Virus record (IMG/VR): IMGVR_UViG_3300037424_000162
Span: 1 to 50,187 of that record
Source of the DNA: a virus
Taxonomy: Duplodnaviria > Caudoviricetes
Length of the DNA stretch: 50,187 bases
Reading direction: 5' to 3' (one strand)
Position 1 is the stretch's first letter; each line of letters starts with the position of its first letter. This document shows positions 1-9,311 of this stretch, piece by piece. Below the pieces are notes generated by a model. It did no database searches and had not been told where the DNA came from. It worked only from the letters and a program-made list of their open reading frames with translations. Both the position numbers and the translations under genes were made by a program.

Positions 1-127
1 GACCAGTTCCCGCTCATGGAACACAAGACCGGGGCTACTGGTAACGTGACCATGGAAATCTTCGGAGTCGCCGACAAGTCCAGCCTCCAGGAACAGCTTT
101 TCAGCGGGTTCTATGACCTTGGGAAGC
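1..127. repeat. Terminal direct repeat, identical to 50061-50187 (circular assembly overlap)
   Basis: 1-127 matches 50061-50187 exactly; it falls inside an open reading frame; 127 is a common assembler k-mer length. Confidence 0.95.
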
Positions 128-753
128 GTAACGACGCCGTCGCCCGTGGGTATGCCGCCCTTCGCAACTCTCGCAACGTTCTGGGCAAAATGGTTGCCAA
201 GACCACCGCTACCGGATGGGACGCAAACCAACAGGTTGCCCCCGATGCTACCGCGAGCGCCGCGAAAGAGGAATTGCTGTACAACACCATGGTTTCGGCC
301 ATCAAGAAGATGTATCTCTTGACTGACCCCCAGACCGGGTTGCCCATCGATACCCCTGAAATGTTCCTGGCCATTCCCAAGGGAACCGAGTTCGCTTTTC
401 AGCGCGCCTTGAACGGACAGCTCCAGAACACCGGTAAGGCCAAGGTTGGTAACTATGAGTCATTGAACCAGATTTCGACGGTCATCCCCTACCGTGGCGA
501 CACGATCTACATGGGTAAAAAGACCTATGCTTACCCAGGCGTTGCCAGCGGGAAGGCGTATCTCTTCGTTCCCAGGGTTGCGAACTTCACCATGACTAAG
601 CGCGGATTGACCACGGAAATGGGAACAAAGTACGACGACATTACCAAGTGGTACGGGTGCCAGATTGAATACGACACCGAGTTTTTCGGTGGATCTGCCT
701 CGCTGACGGCTGGTAGTGGGTACTGCCTAGAGGTGAGTCTGCCCACCCTGTAA
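1..753 (+). CDS. Major capsid protein, 3' part (full gene 49620-50060 joined to 1-753, ~397 aa)
   Basis: Frame is continuous across the junction (MAIFLDQK...NNDQFPLMEHK...SLPTL); lies after the protease and decoration genes; followed by a strong terminator. Confidence 0.8.
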   Translation, partial: DQFPLMEHKTGATGNVTMEIFGVADKSSLQEQLFSGFYDLGKRNDAVARGYAALRNSRNVLGKMVAKTTATGWDANQQVAPDATASAAKEELLYNTMVSAIKKMYLLTDPQTGLPIDTPEMFLAIPKGTEFAFQRALNGQLQNTGKAKVGNYESLNQISTVIPYRGDTIYMGKKTYAYPGVASGKAYLFVPRVANFTMTKRGLTTEMGTKYDDITKWYGCQIEYDTEFFGGSASLTAGSGYCLEVSLPTL

Positions 754-759
754 TAACGT

Positions 760-787
760 GGGGAGTCCTTCGGGGCTCCCCTTCTTT
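760..787 (+). terminator. Intrinsic terminator after the capsid gene
   Basis: GGGGAGTCC-TTCG-GGGCTCCCC followed by TTCTTT. Confidence 0.8.
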
Positions 788-812
788 CCATACCGTAATT
801 TAGGGGGCCAAA

Positions 813-1286
813 GTGGCAACGTTTCTTCAACTGACCGAGGTAAGGCTCAGTATCAACGATCCCGTAGGCGGGGCTGAAAGAATCGTCGATTTCCTCGAAG
901 TTGCCACGCTCCCGGCTGTTGGTTCTGCGGTTGCCCAGACCTCGTACAAACTAACCACGAACGGGACCTACAACCTCGTGGTTGACGGTGCCTTTACGGT
1001 TATCCCTGTCCAGGTGTCTGATTCCCGCATTGGCGGATGGATTGACGCTTTCGGAATCGACGGGGCTATCCGCAAAAGCATTCAGGCGATTATCTCGGGA
1101 CTTGCTTCGCAGTTGCAACTTGTCCGTAATTCGGACGGTGCCGAGGAATCGGAGTGGATTCGGCTTAACGATTTGCATAAGTTCTATCGGCAACTGCTGG
1201 CTGACCTACCGACTCAAGAAACCGTGTCCTCTACGGGGCTTTTTATGGCGACCAAAACGCCGGAGATTGCGGGGGGTAACCTCTGA
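813..1286 (+). CDS. Putative head-tail adaptor/connector protein
   Basis: 157-aa ORF directly after the capsid gene; synteny only. Confidence 0.5.
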   Translation: MATFLQLTEVRLSINDPVGGAERIVDFLEVATLPAVGSAVAQTSYKLTTNGTYNLVVDGAFTVIPVQVSDSRIGGWIDAFGIDGAIRKSIQAIISGLASQLQLVRNSDGAEESEWIRLNDLHKFYRQLLADLPTQETVSSTGLFMATKTPEIAGGNL

Positions 1287-1909
1287 ACAACGCCTTGGCA
1301 TTGAACCAACTTCGGAAGGCCTCCGCCCAGCACATTGCTCAGAATCCAGAAACAATCATCATGCGCAGGACCACTGACGCCAATGACCCTTTTGCAAGGA
1401 CTACGACCGTAACTTATACCGGGAGACTTAGCCACGAACGGGCAGGGGTCAAAGAGGTGCAAGAGTTCCCGAGCGGTTTGGACACTGCTTTGACGCTCTG
1501 CCTCCAATCCCCTTGGAACGTCGCCCCCGTAGACGGTGAAATCATCGTGGCCCGTGGCAAAGCTTACAAGGCCGGGCCTGTTGACCCTCTCAAGAGATTC
1601 GGAGGTGTCCACCGCAATCAAAGCCCCTTGTACCCCGCTGGCTCCGCTGACGGATGGGTTACCGGTGTCACCGTAAGCGGTTCCGACCCCGAGGCACTGT
1701 CACCTCTCGGGACACTGCAATTGACCGCAACCATTGCTCCCCTGTCTGCCGTTGATACCACGGTGCTATGGTCATCCTCCGACGAGGACGTGGTAACGGT
1801 CGATTCTGAGGGCCTTGTTACGGCTGTGGCGGTTGGGACTGCTACGGTGACGGCGACTACTCGGGATGGGTCGTTTACTGACACTCGGGAGTTTGAGGTA
1901 TCGGTATGA
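1283..1909 (+). CDS. Putative head-closure protein with C-terminal Ig-like (Big_2) domain; start CTG 1283 or TTG 1295
   Basis: C-terminus VTGVTVS..TLQLTATIAP..V.WSSSDEDVVTVDSEGLVTAVAVGTATVTATT.DG is a typical Big_2 pattern; neck-region position. Confidence 0.7.
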   Translation: MNNALALNQLRKASAQHIAQNPETIIMRRTTDANDPFARTTTVTYTGRLSHERAGVKEVQEFPSGLDTALTLCLQSPWNVAPVDGEIIVARGKAYKAGPVDPLKRFGGVHRNQSPLYPAGSADGWVTGVTVSGSDPEALSPLGTLQLTATIAPLSAVDTTVLWSSSDEDVVTVDSEGLVTAVAVGTATVTATTRDGSFTDTREFEVSV

Positions 1910-2214
1910 AAGGACGGAGAATCTACAAAGAAGACCCTTCAATCCTTGAGGGTGTGGAACCTGGCGACTACTGGAAAGATCCAGATGGGTCATGGATGGC
2001 GGCTTGTCCTGAACAGAAGTTGCCAGCATACAAACCGGAGTACGCTCATCGGATTTGTTTGGCCGGGCTCAGTAGGCATGGGATCGTTGAGCACGAGGAT
2101 GGGACTATCACGGTTTCTCCGTCAATCCTTGTTTCGTCTACCTGGGGGCCGGATCGCGTTAACCACGAATGGTATCATGGGTTCCTTGAGCGCGGTGTTT
2201 GGAGATCGGTATGA
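1906..2214 (+). CDS. DUF6527-like protein
   Basis: Motif EHEDGTITVSPSIL...WYHGFLERGVW resembles DUF6527. Confidence 0.55.
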   Translation: MKGRRIYKEDPSILEGVEPGDYWKDPDGSWMAACPEQKLPAYKPEYAHRICLAGLSRHGIVEHEDGTITVSPSILVSSTWGPDRVNHEWYHGFLERGVWRSV

Positions 2215-2552
2215 GTTTCGGGCCCCGGATGAATCAGATATTTGATGCTCGCCGGGTGAAGTTGGTTGCCTACTGTACGCTGTTGGCTGGGCTTGCCTTG
2301 CAGTCCATGCAGGAAATCCAGATTGACAACGGAGTCTGGCAGAACGAGACTTCACAAGCTCTTCTTGGGCTTTTCTCCGGTGTAATTGACGAAGGTGAAG
2401 TTGTAGGGTTTTTCGTAGCCCACATGATGGAATACGGCGTGTTCCTTGAGCTTGCAAATGATCGTAAATATGAAATCTTGCGCCCCACTGCCGAACGTTT
2501 TGCTTTGCTCTTAAAACTCTACGCACAGGAACTCTATGGAGCCGCCGCATGA
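2211..2552 (+). CDS. Tail completion/neck protein (HK97 gp10-like)
   Basis: T.QA..G..., MEYGVFLE and ILRPT motifs; synteny. Confidence 0.6.
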   Translation: MSFGPRMNQIFDARRVKLVAYCTLLAGLALQSMQEIQIDNGVWQNETSQALLGLFSGVIDEGEVVGFFVAHMMEYGVFLELANDRKYEILRPTAERFALLLKLYAQELYGAAA

Positions 2553-2902
2553 ATGATTTGATCATAGCAAAGCTGAAAACTGGACCAATCAAAGCTGTCA
2601 TCAAGTTTGGAGAAACTATGCCTTCCGCGCTGACATATGCAGTAGTGATTGAAGAGCCTACGCAATTCGGGTACACTCGCTACAGAGTCAATGCCCACAT
2701 GCAACCAGGTCAACAGGATGCCCTTAGACTCTACTGCAAGAAGACTGTTTTCGACCTGTTAGCATACATCGAAATGACAGGATCGGAAGACCGTAGATTT
2801 GAATTGAAGCCGTTGGGAATTAGTAAAGTTGTGACTACGAATACTGACAAGACCATAAGCCAAGAGGCTATTTTTAGCCTACCAGAAATGAGCTACGTTT
2901 AA
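2549..2902 (+). CDS. Putative tail terminator protein
   Basis: 117-aa ORF immediately upstream of the major tail gene; synteny. Confidence 0.45.
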   Translation: MNDLIIAKLKTGPIKAVIKFGETMPSALTYAVVIEEPTQFGYTRYRVNAHMQPGQQDALRLYCKKTVFDLLAYIEMTGSEDRRFELKPLGISKVVTTNTDKTISQEAIFSLPEMSYV

Positions 2903-2915
2903 AAAGGAGAATGCC

Positions 2916-3851
2916 ATGGCGCTTCGTGAGAGTACTGCTACTGGTTTTTTGTTCGGGCCGACTATTTGCCGGTTCATCCCCAAGAATGCTGACGGAGGAT
3001 ATGCGGACCCGACCCGCGTGGTATCTTCCACTTCTGGCCCGTTTGACTTTTCGGATGCCGCCGTTCCTGCCGCTGTAACGGTCACTCTGAAGCTTGACGA
3101 TGCGACGGCAATTGCCGAGACGCTTGACCTTTCCGCAGTTGCCGACATTGCCGCTGTTACTGTAGCCGAGCTTGCTACGGCGTGGACTGCCGCGAGTGTT
3201 GCCGGATACACGGGGACCGCCGAGGCTGTAACCGGGTACTTCAAGATTGCCAAGACCACTCCCGGAACCGCGAAGTATCTCCAGATTGGTGGAGAGGTTG
3301 CGCTCTATACGGGAATGCCAGTCGCTATCATCCCCGTCAACACCCAGGTTTCTGTTGCCATCGAACAGGTCAACAAGGATGGAGAACGGATCTCCATCAT
3401 TGACTCCAATGGCCTTGAGACTGCTGTCATCACCGATACCTACCCCACCGGGGCCAATATCACGGTGACCGACTCGGTCTATGACCAGAATATTCGGGCA
3501 CTTGTTGAGGGAGGAACCCTTGAGACGGTGGCCGGATATACCAATAAGAGGTACCAATCTGCTGGTCCTGGCTCAACTCCAGGGGACTTCGTTTTCGAGG
3601 CGTTCAATTCGATGTATGCCCGTGACGATTCGCAACGGTCGAACATTAAGTCCTATCGGTGGAGACGGTACAAGGCCGTCAAGGGATACAACGGCGGGGA
3701 ATCTGGCGACCAAGCTTTCCAGACCGGTGTTTACACTCTTGCTGCCGTGCCGTATCTCGACCCCATCACCAGCGTCAAGGAAACCTTCGTCTACGAGGAG
3801 TACATTTTGACTCCCGCCGAGTTCACTGCCCTCAAGGTCAAGAGCGTCTAA
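2916..3851 (+). CDS. Major tail (tube) protein
   Basis: 311 aa, Ala/Thr/Gly-rich, strong RBS AAGGAG, followed by a terminator, upstream of chaperone and tape measure genes. Confidence 0.7.
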   Translation: MALRESTATGFLFGPTICRFIPKNADGGYADPTRVVSSTSGPFDFSDAAVPAAVTVTLKLDDATAIAETLDLSAVADIAAVTVAELATAWTAASVAGYTGTAEAVTGYFKIAKTTPGTAKYLQIGGEVALYTGMPVAIIPVNTQVSVAIEQVNKDGERISIIDSNGLETAVITDTYPTGANITVTDSVYDQNIRALVEGGTLETVAGYTNKRYQSAGPGSTPGDFVFEAFNSMYARDDSQRSNIKSYRWRRYKAVKGYNGGESGDQAFQTGVYTLAAVPYLDPITSVKETFVYEEYILTPAEFTALKVKSV

Positions 3852-3869
3852 GGGTTCTGATTCACATAC

Positions 3870-3896
3870 GGGGCCGGGGAAACTCGGCCCCTTTTT
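3870..3896 (+). terminator. Intrinsic terminator
   Basis: GGGGCCGGG/CTCGGCCCC hairpin followed by TTTTT. Confidence 0.8.
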
Positions 3897-3908
3897 ACAG
3901 GGGGAGCC

Positions 3909-4586
3909 GTGAAGCGAAAACATGAACCGACAGAAGAAGAATTGAAGGCCATCGAAGCGAAACGGCTTTACGATATCACCTATCCCATCCTCATGGCTCC
4001 GTGGCATGGAACTCTTACGCCTATTCGCGTCCGCCTTCTAGGGGACTCGACTACGCTGGCGTGTGGAGATTTTGGACTAATCAAGTCATTCGGGGAGAAC
4101 TTGTCCAGTGAGTTCGGGCCGACCCTTGAGGAAATGAATGCCTACGCCGAAAGGCACCACGAGATTTGCAAGCTCACCATGGTTAACCCAACTTTTGACG
4201 AGATGTTCGCCATTGCTGGGGCACATATTGATTCCAAGGAAATCGACAAGCGCCTAAAGGACATTGAAGACGTTTGGAAAGAAATGCCCCCCGGACCTGA
4301 CAGGGTGAAACTGAAGAACGAGTTCGACCTTTTGGAACTGTCTAGCAAGTTCATTCTCCCTCCCGACTTCACAGCGTTCATCGTAAACTACGCTTTGCAA
4401 ATTGACAAAACAGACATCAATGATGTCACAGAAGATGTTTTAATGAATGCGGCCATCATGACCAACCGCTGTGGGGGGGCTCCTCATACTCATTTTCCCG
4501 GGGTCCTGACCCCTCGCATGGTTAAGGAGTTTGACAACGCCGCGCTAGTTTTGTTTGACAAGAAAACCAAGAAGAAGGCGTCCTAA
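3909..4586 (+). CDS. Putative tail assembly chaperone
   Basis: Lies between the major tail and tape measure genes. Confidence 0.55.
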   Translation: MKRKHEPTEEELKAIEAKRLYDITYPILMAPWHGTLTPIRVRLLGDSTTLACGDFGLIKSFGENLSSEFGPTLEEMNAYAERHHEICKLTMVNPTFDEMFAIAGAHIDSKEIDKRLKDIEDVWKEMPPGPDRVKLKNEFDLLELSSKFILPPDFTAFIVNYALQIDKTDINDVTEDVLMNAAIMTNRCGGAPHTHFPGVLTPRMVKEFDNAALVLFDKKTKKKAS

Positions 4587-7500
4587 TGGCCGCCGAAGAC
4601 GCTGGGTCGATTTACAGTGAAGTCAGAATCAAGATTGATCAACTCCAGAAGGATATTGCAACCGCCGTGTCCGTCATGGACAGGTTCGGCCAGAAGGTTG
4701 TCGATTCCGGGAACATCGCATCAAACCTTTTTTCAAACTCATACAGCCAGTCAGTCAAGAAAGTCGAATCCTACGTCAAGTCTCTCGACAAGGCGGTAGC
4801 GGACGGGGCGTTGACTCAACGTCAAGCCATCTCCTCTGCTATCGATGCACGCAAGGCGGAACTAGCATATATCCAAGCGACTGCCGCGAGAAAAGGCGGG
4901 TTCACTGACCAGGAAATCGGAGATCTGAAACGGGTCAAGACAGAGATTTCCAGTCTGACGGAACAGCAGAAGAAACTGGGTTCTGAGGTTGAAAAGTCTT
5001 CGGGGTCATTCAAACTTTTAGCCCTTGCCGCATCGACATTCATCATTACGCAATTCCGCGCCTTGATTACCTCAAGCGCCGCCTACTCCGAGGCCTTGGG
5101 GGATTTACGGGCCGCAACTAAGGGCAACGCCGAGGGATTGGATGAACTGGCTAAGGCCGCTGAGGGTGCCGGTAAATCCGTTGCCGCATCGTCCACTCAG
5201 GCCATTGAGGCGGAAGTTGCACTTGCCAAGGCGGGTGTTTCTACGGCGAACATCTTAGGCGGGGCGCTCACCGGAGCCTTGACCCTCGCCGCTGCCGGGA
5301 CGATGGAAGTAGCCGACGCCGCCGAGATTGCCGCCGCAACAATGACCCAGTTCAACCTTGACGGTCAGGACGTGGTACATATCGCCGACCTTCTAGCCGC
5401 TGGAGCTGGTAAGGCTCAGGGCGAAGTATCAGACCTGTCCCAAGCCTTGAAGCAAGCTGGTCTGGTGGCCTCTCAGACGGGTCTTTCGGTTGACGACACC
5501 GTGGGGACCCTTGCCGCATTTGCCTCGGCTGGACTATTGGGAAGCGATGCTGGTACCTCGTTCCGAACCATGCTCCTACGGCTTACCCCTCAAAGTAAGG
5601 AAGCCGCTGGGGAAATGAAACGCCTCGGGCTTAATGCGTTTGACGCCAAGGGCGAGTTTATTGGTATTGAGAAGTTCGCAGGTCAACTCAAGGACCAGCT
5701 TTCAGACCTGACTACCGAACAGCGTAACTCCGCGCTTGCTACGATTTTCGGGACAGACTCTATCCGAGCCGCTAACGTGCTATACACCCAGGGGGCTAAG
5801 GGAATCTCGGAGTGGATTGGTAAAGTTAATGATACCGGGTTTGCGGCAGAGGTAGCCAGGATCAAGCTTGACAACCTCGCCGGGGACCTTAAAAAGCTTG
5901 ACGCCCAGGTAGCCACGTCATCGGCCAAGATTGGCGGGTCGCTTGACCCCTCTCTGCGGGGCCTTGCTCAGGGGGCTACAGCGTTCCTTGACTTCCTCGA
6001 CGATATTCCGGCGCCTATTGCCGCGTTCATCACCGCCGCCGGGACTCTTGCCTCCGGAATCGTTGCAGTCACCCTTGGGGTAGGATTCTTGACCCCGGCA
6101 CTGGCAATGATGGGGATTACGGTGTCGGCCGCCTTCGGGCCAATTGCCCTTGCCGTAGGAGCCGTCACTGCGTTGGCTGGTGGTATTATCGCCATGACTA
6201 ATGCCGTCAATGCCGCCGATGTCGAGAAGGCTGGAAGGATTTTCGGGGATATCGCGGTCGAGGCTGGATTGTCAGGCGAGGAACTGGCCAAGTTCAACCA
6301 AAGAGCCAGTGATGCGGAGAAGTTCCTCCGGGCTATGGAACTCGACGGGATGGCTAGTGCCAAGTCGTTTGAGACCCTAGCCAAAGACCTGGGATTGACC
6401 AATGACCAACTTGCCCAGATTGCCATTCGGTCCAGGACAAGCGGTCAGGAGATCAAGAACATTGCTTCAGGGTACCTTGACGGTGCCGCCGCCGCTAAAA
6501 GATTTGCCGAAGCTAACGTCACCCTTGCCTTGACCCTCCGGGATTCCTGGAGATCGGCCACCCCTGCCGAAATCAAGAAGGTCGAAGATGCCCTGACTGG
6601 AATACCAGTGGCCGTTGAAGATGCCTCGGCGCTGACTGCAAGCGAACTTGAGGAACTGACTGCCCGTTACCGTGCCACAGCGGACAGAGTCGCAGACATT
6701 GTCGGTTACATGCGGGCCACACGCGAGAAGGAATCCATTGCTGAGGCTGATGCGATTGCCTCCAGTAACGAGACCATCATTGGGTCCTATGCCTACGCTC
6801 AAAACAGGGTTCGGGGCATCATTGAAGCCAGGATCAAGGCTACGGCCAAGGAAGAAGAGAAAGTCCAGCTTGAGACTAATGTCAAGCTTGCAGAGTCAAT
6901 CCTAAACACCTTTTCAGGTCTTACCAATGCTCTGGCCGACATTTTCGCATCTCTTAGCGATAAGCAAATCAACGCACTTGAAAGAGTCTATGACCACGAA
7001 CGAGAACTCATCGAGAACAATGGTCTGACGAAAAAACAAGCCCTTGAAAAAGATGTTGCCGATGCGATAACTGCGGGAGACGCTACCGCTCAAGCTGACG
7101 CACAACGGGCTCTTGATCTATATAACCTAGAGGCTGATTTCACAAGAAAAAAGGCCCAACTTGAATACGAAGCGGCTATGACCCAATGGAAGTTCAACCT
7201 TGTGATTGCCGCCGCCAACGCCGCTAACAGCATCCTTAAGGCCGTGGCAAGTGCCGCCTTCCCCCTCAACATCCCCGCCATTGCCTTCGCATCCCTGGTT
7301 GGTGGTGCTCAGACTGCCGCCGTGTTTGCCGCCCAACCTCAGCCCCCGGCGTTTGCTACAGGTGGTATTGTGTTGCCCTCTGGCAACGCGGGAAGACAAG
7401 TCACGGTTGCCGACAAAGACGGAGGAGAAATCATGTTCGGGACCGGCGCAATGGGCGCCCCTATGATGCAAGCCTTCGTGAGTGCCGTTGCCTCAGAAGT

Positions 7501-7624
7501 TGTAAGCCGGTTGTCAGGGATGGGAAAACCGCTTACAATCCAGGTAGACGGACACGCGCTTACTACCGTCGTAGTTAAGTATGTCGATGACGGACTAGTC
7601 AAAGCGAGGTTTGCTAACCGATGA
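4586..7624 (+). CDS. Tail tape measure protein (TP901/PhageMin_Tail family)
   Basis: 1012 aa, Ala-rich; GLLGSDAGTSFRTMLLRL and IFGTD motifs; FATGGIV C-terminal motif. Confidence 0.95.
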   Translation: MAAEDAGSIYSEVRIKIDQLQKDIATAVSVMDRFGQKVVDSGNIASNLFSNSYSQSVKKVESYVKSLDKAVADGALTQRQAISSAIDARKAELAYIQATAARKGGFTDQEIGDLKRVKTEISSLTEQQKKLGSEVEKSSGSFKLLALAASTFIITQFRALITSSAAYSEALGDLRAATKGNAEGLDELAKAAEGAGKSVAASSTQAIEAEVALAKAGVSTANILGGALTGALTLAAAGTMEVADAAEIAAATMTQFNLDGQDVVHIADLLAAGAGKAQGEVSDLSQALKQAGLVASQTGLSVDDTVGTLAAFASAGLLGSDAGTSFRTMLLRLTPQSKEAAGEMKRLGLNAFDAKGEFIGIEKFAGQLKDQLSDLTTEQRNSALATIFGTDSIRAANVLYTQGAKGISEWIGKVNDTGFAAEVARIKLDNLAGDLKKLDAQVATSSAKIGGSLDPSLRGLAQGATAFLDFLDDIPAPIAAFITAAGTLASGIVAVTLGVGFLTPALAMMGITVSAAFGPIALAVGAVTALAGGIIAMTNAVNAADVEKAGRIFGDIAVEAGLSGEELAKFNQRASDAEKFLRAMELDGMASAKSFETLAKDLGLTNDQLAQIAIRSRTSGQEIKNIASGYLDGAAAAKRFAEANVTLALTLRDSWRSATPAEIKKVEDALTGIPVAVEDASALTASELEELTARYRATADRVADIVGYMRATREKESIAEADAIASSNETIIGSYAYAQNRVRGIIEARIKATAKEEEKVQLETNVKLAESILNTFSGLTNALADIFASLSDKQINALERVYDHERELIENNGLTKKQALEKDVADAITAGDATAQADAQRALDLYNLEADFTRKKAQLEYEAAMTQWKFNLVIAAANAANSILKAVASAAFPLNIPAIAFASLVGGAQTAAVFAAQPQPPAFATGGIVLPSGNAGRQVTVADKDGGEIMFGTGAMGAPMMQAFVSAVASEVVSRLSGMGKPLTIQVDGHALTTVVVKYVDDGLVKARFANR

Positions 7625-8469
7625 AAATCCTCTTTGACGACAAAGCCAGAACGGCGACCATCACGGCTCTTTACGAGACTCTAGAATATCCCGCCTCCAA
7701 CCTTGCCGACATCTTCCTGAACCGGCCTTACATTGGGATGATTACCGAAGATGTCATCACGCTTACCATGGCGGCAGAGGTCGCAGTTGACTCGGTGTTC
7801 CTGGCCGGATGTAACTGCGCATTCGTCCACGTGGAACTTTTCGACGATGCCGACGTGTCTCTTTACTCGGTGACTAAGAACGTCCTGAGGCCCGTTGAAA
7901 CCGTCTACTTCACTTCAGTCATGGCCAAGAAGGTCGTCTTGACAATGGACCTTGACAACGGGATTGCCCCGTGGGTTCTCGGGTATCGCGGGTCAATTCT
8001 GATCAAGCGAATGAAGGCCGATCCAACCATAACAGCTTTCGACGGGAACGCCGTCACGTACACCGGGGGCAATCTGTCCTTTGACTACACCGTGGCATAC
8101 GAAAACGTCAAACTCAAGGGCGTGGGGTTCGGGGCCTCGGACAAGTTTAGCGGGGCGCTATGGGCTCGAAACAGAGCCAGGGCCAGCACTACTACCGCAG
8201 TCAGGTCGCCCATGGGTCAGGTCATGCGGAACAAGGGCGCTGTCTTGAGATCCTACACTCTGACGGTGCCGAACCTGAACATGGATGATTTCAGGGACCT
8301 CGACGAAACGCTTATGACACTGGACAAAGACTACCCGGTGTACATCGATATCACCGAAGATACAGATGGTTCCGAAGACCCAATTTACGCCACTGTTGAC
8401 GACAACTGGTCGGTGTCCGACCGTGGCCGTGAGCAAGATATATCTATCCCGATTTTGGAGGCCCGCTGA
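7621..8469 (+). CDS. Putative distal tail/baseplate protein
   Basis: 282-aa ORF immediately after the tape measure gene. Confidence 0.5.
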   Translation: MKILFDDKARTATITALYETLEYPASNLADIFLNRPYIGMITEDVITLTMAAEVAVDSVFLAGCNCAFVHVELFDDADVSLYSVTKNVLRPVETVYFTSVMAKKVVLTMDLDNGIAPWVLGYRGSILIKRMKADPTITAFDGNAVTYTGGNLSFDYTVAYENVKLKGVGFGASDKFSGALWARNRARASTTTAVRSPMGQVMRNKGAVLRSYTLTVPNLNMDDFRDLDETLMTLDKDYPVYIDITEDTDGSEDPIYATVDDNWSVSDRGREQDISIPILEAR

Positions 8470-9311
8470 TGAGTCTAGACAGAGTTTCCGTTGTAACCCC
8501 TACCGCTCCGGTGGCGGTTGCTGACTACCAGGCCAACATTGCCCAGCTCGAAGCCAGGCTTGACGCATTCTCTGGCCGTGAGATCGTAGACGGTTCAACT
8601 ATCCGCGCCGGGGCTATCGTGGTCATTGGAGGGGTTGCGTACAAGGCGACGACCGATACAGCCATCACCGGAACCCCCTCCGCATACGTCAAGATTACCC
8701 CTGCTGGCGCTACTGCCTCTGCGGCTTTTGTTGCGTCTTTGAGTGGTGTTGCGTGGTCACATACCTATGGTGGGTACTATGATGGGTCTGGCAGTGGAAG
8801 CAATTTGGTGGTGTTTGATGAGGATCTAGCAATCTCAATCGGCGCTATGACTGGTAGCCCTAGAACGATAGCAGGACGATCAAAGGTCCCTGCAGGAACC
8901 GTGGCTATCTGGAGCGTTGCCGCGATGCCTGGAGGTTGGCTTGAGTGTGCCGGTCAGGCCGTCAGCCGAACGACATACGCAAGGCTATTCGCCATTGTCG
9001 GCACCACCTACGGAGTTGGTGACGGTACCACAACGTTCAATCTCCCAGACCTGAGGTCCGCTTCGATTCGTGGCGTCGGCACCCCGACAAGGTTCACCGA
9101 TGCAACGGCGGTAACCCTGAACCAAACGATCAATGATGCGCTTCAGGCGCATACTCACACCTACGACAAGCCGAACGGCGGGGCTGCTGGTCCGTTTTCT
9201 GGTGGCGGGGTTTTCAACTTCGTATCTACAAACTCCGGGGCGCATAACGGTCGATCCGCATCGGAGACTACGGGAAAGGCTGTGGGTATGTACTACATAA
9301 TCAAGGCCTAA
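8469..9311 (+). CDS. Tail fibre protein with phage tail collar domain
   Basis: VPAGTV..W....PGGWLECAGQAVSRTTYARLFAIVGTTYG.GDGTTTFNLPDLR is the canonical collar motif. Confidence 0.9.
   Translation: MSLDRVSVVTPTAPVAVADYQANIAQLEARLDAFSGREIVDGSTIRAGAIVVIGGVAYKATTDTAITGTPSAYVKITPAGATASAAFVASLSGVAWSHTYGGYYDGSGSGSNLVVFDEDLAISIGAMTGSPRTIAGRSKVPAGTVAIWSVAAMPGGWLECAGQAVSRTTYARLFAIVGTTYGVGDGTTTFNLPDLRSASIRGVGTPTRFTDATAVTLNQTINDALQAHTHTYDKPNGGAAGPFSGGGVFNFVSTNSGAHNGRSASETTGKAVGMYYIIKA

Noticed and set aside
4470-4482. Programmed frameshift in the tail chaperone at the G7 run
   Set aside because: The ORF already runs in one frame up to the tape measure start, leaving no second-frame extension to reach
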